A stretch of DNA of 64,000 nucleotides from the NCBI GenBank assembly GCA_958352145.1, contig CATWNM010000001.1, forward strand, positions 4,698-68,697, read 5' to 3'. A program made the translations under genes and the position numbers. Positions 42,579-50,682 of this stretch are shown one piece after another. The notes beneath the pieces are model-generated. The model made no database searches and had not been told where the DNA came from. It saw only the letters and a list, made by a program, of their open reading frames with translations. How positions within the stretch are numbered: position 1 is the first letter of the stretch; every line of letters begins with the position of its first letter. This stretch comes from an uncultured Eubacteriales bacterium. Its GTDB lineage: Bacteria; Bacillota; Clostridia; Oscillospirales; CAG-272.

Positions 42579-43868
42579 ATGGACATTCGAATTGAAAATA
42601 CGCCGCTGTCCGGCGCTGTCCGCGCAATTTCCTCAAAATCCGACGTCCACCGGTTTCTGATCGCTGCCGCGCTTTCGGACGGCTGCTCGGATATCCGGTT
42701 TACGACTCTGTCTGACGACATTCGCGCAACGGCCGGCGCGCTCCGCGCGCTCTGCGCAGACATTTCGCTTTGCGAAGAGGCGGACGGCTGGCATGCAAAA
42801 ATTCAAGGAAATCGCAAAAAAGATACGCCGCCCGCGCTTTTTGCCGGGGAATGCGGAACCACTGCGCGGCTGCTGCTGCCCGTGGCAGCGACGCTGTATG
42901 ATTCATGTGTGCTCGACGGCGCGCCGGGACTTCGCCGCCGGCCCTTTGGGCCGCTGTGTGCGGCGATGCGGGGAGGCGACGTGGAAGTATCCGATGATTT
43001 TCTGCCCATCCGCTGTCGCGGGCGGCTGAAAAGCGGCGTCTACACGATTCGCGGAGACGTCAGTTCCCAGTATATCAGCGGGCTGCTCTTTGCGCTTCCT
43101 CTGCTTACGGACGACAGTGAAATTCGTCTGACGACGCCGCTGGCTTCCGCCGGTTACGTAGATATGACGCTCGACACACTGCGCCGTTTTGGCATCCGGA
43201 TCAGCCAAACTGATTTTGGCTATCGGATTCCGGGCGGGCAGCGCTACCGTTCAGTCACGGGCTACACAGCGGAAGGCGACTGGTCGAGCGCGGGCTTTTG
43301 GCTGTGCGCAGGCGCGCTCGGTGGCAGTGTAACCGTTACGGGCTTGCCGCTCAACTCGCACCAGCGGGACAAAAATCTGCTGGCCGTCCTTGCCGAAGCC
43401 GGCGCTTCGGTCTGCCTGCGGGCAGATCAGATTACAATCAGCGGCGCGCCGCTCACCGCTGTTTCCTTTGACGGTGAGGATATGCCCGACGCGCTGCCCG
43501 TGTTGGCCGCCGTTCTTGCGACGGCAAACGGCGTCAGTCAAATCCGCGGCGGCGCGCGCCTGAAAATCAAGGAGAGCGACCGGCTCCATACCACAGCGGA
43601 AATGATCAGGGCGCTCGGCGGCGGCATCGAATGCAATGCCGACGGCTTTTCAATCCGCGGCGGCCCGCTTTGCGGCGGGACATGCGACACAGCAAACGAT
43701 CATCGCATCGCCATGAGCGCGGCCGTTCTGGCGACGAAAACCGCGGCGGGCGCAGTCCTGCGCGGCGCAGATGCCGTTGCGAAATCCTATCCATCCTTTT
43801 TTGAAGATTTTCAGAAACTCGGAGGTAAATGCCATGTCCTCACAGATGGGCAAACGTGTAACAGTTGA
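42579..43868 (+). CDS. aroA: 3-phosphoshikimate 1-carboxyvinyltransferase (EPSP synthase)
   Basis: SKSDVHR, ECGTTARLL, LKIKESDR and NDHRIAMS motifs; 429 aa. Confidence 0.92.
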   Translation: MDIRIENTPLSGAVRAISSKSDVHRFLIAAALSDGCSDIRFTTLSDDIRATAGALRALCADISLCEEADGWHAKIQGNRKKDTPPALFAGECGTTARLLLPVAATLYDSCVLDGAPGLRRRPFGPLCAAMRGGDVEVSDDFLPIRCRGRLKSGVYTIRGDVSSQYISGLLFALPLLTDDSEIRLTTPLASAGYVDMTLDTLRRFGIRISQTDFGYRIPGGQRYRSVTGYTAEGDWSSAGFWLCAGALGGSVTVTGLPLNSHQRDKNLLAVLAEAGASVCLRADQITISGAPLTAVSFDGEDMPDALPVLAAVLATANGVSQIRGGARLKIKESDRLHTTAEMIRALGGGIECNADGFSIRGGPLCGGTCDTANDHRIAMSAAVLATKTAAGAVLRGADAVAKSYPSFFEDFQKLGGKCHVLTDGQTCNS

Positions 43869-44928
43869 AATTTTCGGCGAGTCGCACGCAGATGCGATCG
43901 GAATGACGCTCGACGGAGTTCCCGCCGGCGAGCCGGTCGACATGGACGCGCTCCTTGCGTTTATGCGGCGGCGCGCGCCCGGTCACAGCGCGCTTTCTAC
44001 GGCCCGGCGTGAAGAAGATATCCCCGAATTTTTATGCGGGCTTCGTGAAAATGTGACCACCGGCGCCCCGGTCACTGCGATCATCCGCAACAAGGATACG
44101 CGTTCAGGCGATTATGCGAATCTGCGTGAGCTTCCCCGCCCCTCCCACGCCGATTACACAGCTTATATCCGTTACGGCGGCAAAAACGATATACGGGGCG
44201 GCGGACATTTCTCCGGGCGTCTCACCGCGCCGCTTTGCACGGCGGGTGCAATTGCGCTTCAGATTCTTTCCCGCCGGGGCATTGAGATCGGCGCGCACCT
44301 CGCAAAAGCGGCCGGCATATGCGATGTGTGCTTTGATCCCGTAAATCCGAGCGCGCAGCTGCATAAAGCGGCGGAAAAGCCGTTCCCCGTTTTGTCCGAT
44401 GAAGCGGGCGTGCGCATGCAGGAAAAAATCCATGCCGCAAAAGCCGAGGGCGACTCGGTCGGTGGGATCATCGAATGCGCGGTCACCGGCATGCCGCCCG
44501 GCTGCGGCAATCCGATGTTCGACGGCGTCGAAAACCGGCTGGCAGCTGCGCTGTTCGGGATACCGGCGGTGCGCGGTGTGGAATTCGGAAGCGGATTTGC
44601 CGCCGCTGACATGACCGGCAGTGCGCATAACGATCCCTTTGCCTACCAAGACGGCCGTGTCGTCACCACAACCAATCGCAGCGGCGGCATACAGGGCGGC
44701 ATCACCAACGGCATGCCCATTGTGTTCCGTATTGCAATAAAACCTACTCCTTCTATTTACAAAGAACAGCCGACCGTGAATCTGCGGACCGGCGAAAACG
44801 CCGTTTTGCAGATCCACGGCAGACACGACCCCTGCATCGCCGTGCGCGCCGTGCCCGTTACGGAAGCCGTCGCCGCACTGTGCATACTTGATATTTTAAG
44901 TGAGGTAGAAACCCATGGACATGAATGA
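43834..44928 (+). CDS. aroC: chorismate synthase
   Basis: FGESHADAIG, RPSHADY, GGGHFSGR and GRHDPC motifs. GGAGGT lies 7 nt before ATG 43834, and the gene overlaps the aroA 3' end by 35 nt. Confidence 0.9.
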   Translation: MSSQMGKRVTVEIFGESHADAIGMTLDGVPAGEPVDMDALLAFMRRRAPGHSALSTARREEDIPEFLCGLRENVTTGAPVTAIIRNKDTRSGDYANLRELPRPSHADYTAYIRYGGKNDIRGGGHFSGRLTAPLCTAGAIALQILSRRGIEIGAHLAKAAGICDVCFDPVNPSAQLHKAAEKPFPVLSDEAGVRMQEKIHAAKAEGDSVGGIIECAVTGMPPGCGNPMFDGVENRLAAALFGIPAVRGVEFGSGFAAADMTGSAHNDPFAYQDGRVVTTTNRSGGIQGGITNGMPIVFRIAIKPTPSIYKEQPTVNLRTGENAVLQIHGRHDPCIAVRAVPVTEAVAALCILDILSEVETHGHE

Positions 44929-46057
44929 GACTAGAACCCAGATCGACAAAATTGACGACGTCATCCGCGAAGCCTTTGCAAAGCGCATGGAACTCTGCGC
45001 AAGTCTTGCGGAGTACAAAAAGGAAAACAATCTGCCGGTAGCCTATCCGGGACGCGAACGTGAGATCGTCGCGCGCTTGACCAAAGATATGGACAGCCGC
45101 ATGGCCACCTATACAAAGGTGCTGTATACCACATTGTTTGAAGTATCGCGCTCCTACCAGACCGCACGCCTCGGCGAAGGCGGCCGCCTGGCTGCAAAGA
45201 TCCGGGAAGCAGCCGAAAAAACACCGAAAACGCTGCCGACGACCTGCACCGTCGCTTGTCAGGGAACTGAGGGCGCTTATTCGCAGGTGGCAGCCGAAAA
45301 GCTTTTTTCGATTCCAAGCATTATGTATATGGGCACATTCGAGGGCGTTTTCAACGCGGTAGCCAGCGGCTTTTGCCGGTACGGCATCCTGCCGATCAGC
45401 AACAACCTGCATGGTTCGGTCACCGAAGTCTACGACCTGATGAAGCGCCATAAATTCTATATCGTCAAAAGCATCAAGCTGCGCATCGACCACACGCTCT
45501 CTGCGAAAAAAGGCGCAAAGCTTGCAGATATCCGCGAAATCTTCTCGCATCCGCAGGCGATCGGACAGTGTCAGGAATTTTTGAAGTCACTGGGCAAGGA
45601 TGTCAAGATCACCGAGTGCGCCAATACGGCGACGGCGGCCAAAATGCTTGCGGAAAGCAAGCGAACCGACGCAGCCGCGATCTGCAACGAAGCCTGCGCG
45701 GCGCTGTACGGCCTGACCAAGCTTGCGGACGGCATCGCAGACAGCGACAACAACTACACGCGTTTCATCTGCATTTCCAAAGCGCTTGAAATTTATCCCG
45801 GTTCCAACAAAACCAGCATCATGTTCACGCTGCCGCATACGCCCGGTTCGCTGTTCAGCATTCTGGCCAAATTTGCCACGCTCGGCGTAAACTTTTCCAA
45901 AATTGAAAGCCGGCCGATCCCGGGCAAGGATTTTGAATACATGTTTTATCTGGATTTTGATTCTTCGCTGTATGCGGACGGACTGATCGAAACGCTGGAT
46001 TTGTTCGACGCAGAATATGAAGGCGGCACGTTCCTTGGCTGCTACTCCGAGGTCTGA
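44915..46057 (+). CDS. pheA: bifunctional chorismate mutase / prephenate dehydratase (P-protein)
   Basis: The N-terminal CM_2 domain (RTQIDKIDDVIREAFAKRMEL) is followed by a PDT domain (CQGTEGAYSQ) and a C-terminal ACT domain with the ESRP motif (SKIESRPIPG). Confidence 0.9.
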   Translation: MDMNETRTQIDKIDDVIREAFAKRMELCASLAEYKKENNLPVAYPGREREIVARLTKDMDSRMATYTKVLYTTLFEVSRSYQTARLGEGGRLAAKIREAAEKTPKTLPTTCTVACQGTEGAYSQVAAEKLFSIPSIMYMGTFEGVFNAVASGFCRYGILPISNNLHGSVTEVYDLMKRHKFYIVKSIKLRIDHTLSAKKGAKLADIREIFSHPQAIGQCQEFLKSLGKDVKITECANTATAAKMLAESKRTDAAAICNEACAALYGLTKLADGIADSDNNYTRFICISKALEIYPGSNKTSIMFTLPHTPGSLFSILAKFATLGVNFSKIESRPIPGKDFEYMFYLDFDSSLYADGLIETLDLFDAEYEGGTFLGCYSEV

Positions 46058-46058
46058 T

Positions 46059-47303
46059 ATGCGGTACGCCATCGTCGGAGAGCACCTGCCGCATTCACAC
46101 TCGCCAAAAATTCACGCGCTGTTTGGGAATCCCGACTATGGACTGTGCGAGCTTGCGCCCGACGCGCTCGCGCCCTTTATGCGCGCGCGGAATTTTGACG
46201 GCGTAAACGTGACGATTCCTTACAAGCAGGATGTAATGCCGCTCTGCGATTTCTTAGACGGCGCGGCCATGCGCATCGGCGCAGTGAACACGGTAGCCAA
46301 TTATAACGGTTGTCTTTTCGGCTTCAATACTGATTTTGACGGGTTCCGGTTTCTGTGCCGCCGCGCGGGCATCGAGCTTTACGGAAAACACACCGTCATC
46401 CTCGGCGGTGGAGGCACTTCGAAAACGGCATGCGCCGCCGCCGAGGCCGGCGGCGCACGCAAAATAACGATCATATCGAGAAAAGGCAGCGTCAACTACA
46501 AAAATCTCCATAAGACGTGCGCAGACGCAGAAATCCTGATCAATACCACACCGGTCGGCATGTATCCGGACATACAGGCGCGGCCGCTCGATCTTTCGCA
46601 GATGCCCGCGCTTTTGGGCGTCGTAGACGTCATCTACAACCCGCTGCGCACGCGTCTTGTGCTCGACGCCCTGCAGCGGGGCATTCCCGCTGCAGGAGGC
46701 CTTCCGATGCTGGTGGCGCAAGCCGCCTATGCGGACGCGTATTTCCGTGGACAAAAACATTCGGAAGCAGAAATCGACGCCGTGCTCGCGGCCATGCACC
46801 AATCGCTCTCCAACATCGTGCTGATCGGTATGCCGGGCTGCGGAAAAAGCACGGTCGGAAGCATTCTATCCGAAAAAACCGGACGGCCGCTGTATGACCT
46901 CGATTTGCTCATTGCCGAACGCGCGGGCATGTCCGCGGCTGAAATCATCCGCACGCGCGGTGAGGCGCATTTCAGAGATTTGGAAACCGATATCTGCATA
47001 GAAATATCCGCAAAAAGCAACTGCATCATCGCCTGCGGCGGTGGAACCGTCCTGCGCCCCGAAAACCGAAACGCCCTGCGTCAAAACGGATGCATCGTCT
47101 ATCTTAAGCGTGCGCTGGACGCCCTTGCGACCGACGGGCGGCCGCTTTCAAGCAGCGCAGACGCGCTCAGGAAGATGTACGAAAAACGCCGTCCGATCTA
47201 CGAAGCGGCAGCGGATATCATCGTACCAGAATGCGCCAGCGCGGACGAGGGCGCCGCGCGGACGCTTGCAGCTTTCAAAGAAAGGGATTGGTGCAAAATA
47301 TGA
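46059..47303 (+). CDS. aroE: fused shikimate dehydrogenase (AroE) - shikimate kinase (AroK)
   Basis: The N-terminal part carries HSHSPKIHN-like, VTIPYK, NTD and GGGGTSK motifs. The C-terminal part carries the P-loop GMPGCGKST and GGG motifs. Confidence 0.88.
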   Translation: MRYAIVGEHLPHSHSPKIHALFGNPDYGLCELAPDALAPFMRARNFDGVNVTIPYKQDVMPLCDFLDGAAMRIGAVNTVANYNGCLFGFNTDFDGFRFLCRRAGIELYGKHTVILGGGGTSKTACAAAEAGGARKITIISRKGSVNYKNLHKTCADAEILINTTPVGMYPDIQARPLDLSQMPALLGVVDVIYNPLRTRLVLDALQRGIPAAGGLPMLVAQAAYADAYFRGQKHSEAEIDAVLAAMHQSLSNIVLIGMPGCGKSTVGSILSEKTGRPLYDLDLLIAERAGMSAAEIIRTRGEAHFRDLETDICIEISAKSNCIIACGGGTVLRPENRNALRQNGCIVYLKRALDALATDGRPLSSSADALRKMYEKRRPIYEAAADIIVPECASADEGAARTLAAFKERDWCKI

Positions 47304-47746
47304 AATTTTTGGTCATCAACGGCCCAAACCTGAATATGCTGGGCATACGAGAGCCGGACATCTACGGAAAAAACACCTATGACGAACTTGTACGAATGAT
47401 CGAAGCACACGGACAGAAAAAAGGCGCTTTTGTCCATTGCTTCCAATCCAATCATGAGGGCGCGATCGTGGATGAAATCCAGCGCGCATACGGCCGATTC
47501 GACGGCATTATTATCAATCCCGCTGCTTACACGCACACGAGCGTCGCGATTCTTGACGCGCTCAAAGCGGTAGGCCTTCCTGCGGTCGAAGTGCACATTT
47601 CCGACGTAAATTCACGCGAGGAATTCCGGAAAATTTCGTACGTATCGCTCGCAGCGAAAAAAACCATTGCAGGCCACGGATTTGACGGCTATCTGGAAGC
47701 AATCGATTTTTTATGCGCCCTGTCCGAAAAAGGCTCGGCAATTTGA
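47300..47746 (+). CDS. aroQ: type II 3-dehydroquinate dehydratase
   Basis: MKFLVINGPNLNMLGIREPDIYG, QSNHEG and NPAAYTHTS motifs. The ATGA start overlaps the aroE::aroK stop. Confidence 0.92.
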   Translation: MKFLVINGPNLNMLGIREPDIYGKNTYDELVRMIEAHGQKKGAFVHCFQSNHEGAIVDEIQRAYGRFDGIIINPAAYTHTSVAILDALKAVGLPAVEVHISDVNSREEFRKISYVSLAAKKTIAGHGFDGYLEAIDFLCALSEKGSAI

Positions 47747-47818
47747 ATGCATGCAAAATCCGGCGGTCATAAAGATCGCCGTACACTACTGCAGCTGCTC
47801 TATCGACGCTGCATCCAA

Positions 47819-47865
47819 GCAAAGCGGAGGTATACCCTGATGTTTAGGGTATACCTCCGCTTTGC
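47819..47865. terminator. bidirectional terminator (20-bp stem) between aroQ and the convergent SH3b gene
   Basis: GCAAAGCGGAGGTATACCCT-gatgttt-AGGGTATACCTCCGCTTTGC. Confidence 0.7.
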
Positions 47866-47875
47866 CCGTCGGAAT

Positions 47876-48814
47876 TCAATAAACGATGGTTTTGACAATA
47901 TAGGGATACTCCGCATAAATGTCAGCCAGCGTCGTACGGGTCTCCGAACCCGGATCATAAATTTTGAAATTTTTTGTGTCAAGTTCTCCGCCCGTATATC
48001 CATATACAACGACAAAATGCGTAGCACCGTTTTCCTTTTTCACATGGACAATGACCGGCTTGCCCGCAGCTAGGCAGGAATACAAAAACGACGTATCGGT
48101 AGCTTCGCCGCGTCCATACCCGCTTGGCCAGTAGATCGCGCCACCTGACGTAAACTTTTCGCTTTCCAAAATATTGGCCGGCGTAACCGTGGTCCCGAGG
48201 CGATAACTCTCGGTCATCGCAAGTGCAGTCACCGCGCAGCCGTGCGTACGTATGCTTTCTCCGCTGCCTGGAAGCGTCAGACGGGCCCAGCGGCTATCAT
48301 ACTGTTTATACGAGGGCAGGTTCAGCGCAATGGACGCCGCTGACGCGCCGTTTGAAATCGAAAGATATTCGCTTGCGACATATCCTACCGAATTCCCGTT
48401 ATAAAGCACCTTAGTGAAGTTTCCGTATGTACCGAGGCAAAGCACCGTCTCGCCGTTTTTCAGCTTGTCTTTAATCGAATAATTGAGACCCGCGCCGCTG
48501 CGCACATTCAGATTAGAGCCGCGTGTCCGTACAGACGCGCTTTTGAGTCCCAGCGAACTGATGTAGCTGGCGGAAGCATAGCCGTATAAACCGTCGCCGT
48601 ATTGGATATACCACCAGTTTCCGGTTTTATCGTGCAGCGTGACGACCTGTCCGTCGTACAGAGAAGCTTTTACGCTTGCGCTCATATCCGGCTTTGTCCG
48701 AACATTCAGCGTAGTTTTGACATGTACTTGTCCGCCGTCCAGCGCAGATGTACCTAGCGCAAGCGCAGCGGATATTGCGGCAAATGAAAAAGCAATCGCG
48801 ACTTTTTTATTCAT
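47876..48814 (-). CDS. secreted SH3b-repeat protein with C-terminal C39-like (papain-fold) peptidase domain
   Basis: It has a signal peptide and repeated LNVRT/LNVRSG SH3b-like modules. The C-terminal domain has Cys (THGCAVTALAM) and His (THFVVVYGY). Confidence 0.65.
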   Translation of the reverse strand: MNKKVAIAFSFAAISAALALGTSALDGGQVHVKTTLNVRTKPDMSASVKASLYDGQVVTLHDKTGNWWYIQYGDGLYGYASASYISSLGLKSASVRTRGSNLNVRSGAGLNYSIKDKLKNGETVLCLGTYGNFTKVLYNGNSVGYVASEYLSISNGASAASIALNLPSYKQYDSRWARLTLPGSGESIRTHGCAVTALAMTESYRLGTTVTPANILESEKFTSGGAIYWPSGYGRGEATDTSFLYSCLAAGKPVIVHVKKENGATHFVVVYGYTGGELDTKNFKIYDPGSETRTTLADIYAEYPYIVKTIVY

Positions 48815-48916
48815 ACTCTTTTTTTCTCCTTTTTGAATAAACTTCAGCCAACTGGGGTTATTAACATTTTATCACATGCTGCCTAAAAAAGATAGTGAAA
48901 ATAATTGGCAGCAAAG

Positions 48917-48945
48917 TTGACAAAAAGCGGAAAAAATGATACGAT
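48917..48945 (+). promoter_or_regulatory. candidate promoter of dusB
   Basis: TTGACA-17 nt-(TGa)TACGAT. Confidence 0.4.
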
Positions 48946-49014
48946 TATATAAAAATTTTTTCAGGTTTGTGCGGCGGATATTTTTGATCTTTGCCGCGCG
49001 CAGAACAAGAAACA

Positions 49015-49986
49015 ATGAAAATTAAAAATATTGATATCCCGCATGGGCTCTGTTTAGCGCCGCTGGCCGGTGTCAGCGACCGCGCATTTCGAAAAATAAG
49101 CCGAATGCACGGCGCCGAATATCTCTGCACCGAAATGATCAGCGCCGCCGCAATCTGCTACGGCGACAAAAAAACGCCGGCGCTCGCGCAATTTGACCCG
49201 GACGAGATGCCCATCGCCATCCAGCTTTTCGGATCAAAACCGGAATTTATGGCGGAAGCGGCTGAGCGAATCTCCTCCGGTACACTGGCCGGTTATGTCC
49301 GTATTCCCTCCGCAATCGACATCAATATGGGCTGTCCTGTCCGAAAAATCGTTTCCAACGGAGAAGGATGCGCGCTGATGCGCGACATCCCGCTCGCCGA
49401 AAAAATCGTTGCCGCCGTCCGCGCGGCCACGCGTCTGCCAGTCACCGTCAAAATCCGCGCCGGCTTTGACGAAACACACAAAAACGCGCCCGAGATGGCC
49501 AAAGCGCTGGAGGCAGCCGGCGCGGATATGATCTGCGTCCACGGACGCACGCGCGAACAAATGTACAGCGGCCGGGCCGATCTGAATATCATTGCCGGGG
49601 TCAAACAAGCAGTAAACATTCCAGTTGTCGGAAACGGTGATATTTTTTCGGCCGAAGACGCGTTCCGCATGCTGCGTCACACCGGCTGCGACGGCGTGAT
49701 GGTTGCCCGGGGCGCAATGGGAAACCCATGGATTTTTGACGAAATTTTGGCTTCCTTTGACGGCAAAAGTTATACGCCGCCCGAACCGAGTGAACGGATT
49801 GAAACGGCGATTTTGCATTTGGAACTGATGTTGGCTACAAAGCCGGCACGCACGGCGATCGCTGAAGCGCGGCGTCAAACAGCGCAGTATATCCGCGACA
49901 TGGAGGGCGCGGCCGCAGTGCGCGGCCGGCTCCATACAGCGACCAGCGCCGAGGAAATGAAGCAAATCCTGCGCAGTCTGATCTGA
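49015..49986 (+). CDS. dusB: tRNA dihydrouridine synthase
   Basis: LAPLAGVSD, DINMGCP and HGRT motifs. The start is at MKIKNIDIPHGL; the RBS is weak, so the start is uncertain. Confidence 0.88.
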   Translation: MKIKNIDIPHGLCLAPLAGVSDRAFRKISRMHGAEYLCTEMISAAAICYGDKKTPALAQFDPDEMPIAIQLFGSKPEFMAEAAERISSGTLAGYVRIPSAIDINMGCPVRKIVSNGEGCALMRDIPLAEKIVAAVRAATRLPVTVKIRAGFDETHKNAPEMAKALEAAGADMICVHGRTREQMYSGRADLNIIAGVKQAVNIPVVGNGDIFSAEDAFRMLRHTGCDGVMVARGAMGNPWIFDEILASFDGKSYTPPEPSERIETAILHLELMLATKPARTAIAEARRQTAQYIRDMEGAAAVRGRLHTATSAEEMKQILRSLI

Positions 49987-50177
49987 TCGTACCAAAGCAA
50001 AGATATGCATTCAATTTGCTTGATTTTTTTAATTACAGATACGCAAAGAGCCCGTGCGGAGATGAAAAGCCGTTTCCGCACGGGAATTTGCATCACAATA
50101 TTTGAAACGCGGCGCGAAAGACGAAGCCGGCACAATACCAAGCGCGATAAGGAAACATTGTCCAATCGCCTGCACAC

Positions 50178-50228
50178 TTGACAAAACGATTTAAGGCTCC
50201 TATAATATACATATACCCCTTATTGTAT
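50178..50228 (+). promoter_or_regulatory. csoR promoter (TTGACA-17-TATAAT) with downstream ATACCCC-N5-GTAT box
   Basis: The -35 is at 50178-50183 and the -10 at 50201-50206. The box ATACCCCTTATTGTAT lies at 50213-50228. Confidence 0.6.
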
Positions 50229-50241
50229 TGGAGGCGAAAAA

Positions 50242-50517
50242 ATGAGGCAGTGTATGGATTCGGACAATCTGCACCGCAGGCTGAAAAAAATTATCGGTCA
50301 AGTGCAGGCGATCGACCGCATGATCGACGAAGATGTGCCCTGTGAAGATGTTTTGGCACAGATCAACGCCGCAAAATCAGCTTTGCACAGCTGTGGAAAA
50401 GTCGTGCTGGAAGGGCATATCCGACATTGCGTCCGGGATGGGATTGAACATGGCGATCCGGATAAAACGATTGAAAGTTTTACAAAAGCTGTGGAACGTT
50501 TTTCAAATATGACATGA
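50242..50517 (+). CDS. csoR: CsoR/RcnR-family metal-sensing repressor, x-C-H-C (Cu(I)-type) fingerprint
   Basis: LHRRLKKIIGQVQAIDRMI... with Cys34, His59 and Cys63 (the 25 and 4 spacing seen in CsoR). 91 aa. Confidence 0.85.
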   Translation: MRQCMDSDNLHRRLKKIIGQVQAIDRMIDEDVPCEDVLAQINAAKSALHSCGKVVLEGHIRHCVRDGIEHGDPDKTIESFTKAVERFSNMT

Positions 50518-50606
50518 TTGCATTATTGTGTAAAGTGAAGCGAAGTTCACGTATGGTATTTTTACTATGCGTGAGCTTTTTTTAGTATAAATTTCCACGT
50601 CTCCGC

Positions 50607-50662
50607 TTGACAACCCATACCCCCATGTGTATAATGGATAATACCGATACCCCTTACGGTAT
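50607..50662 (+). promoter_or_regulatory. ATPase promoter (TTGACA-17-TATAAT) with two ATACCCC-N5-GTAT boxes
   Basis: The -35 is at 50607-50612 and the -10 at 50630-50635. The boxes are ATACCCCCATGTGTAT (50617-50632) and ATACCCCTTACGGTAT (50647-50662). Confidence 0.6.
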
Positions 50663-50682
50663 ATTAAGAAAGGAACACGTTT

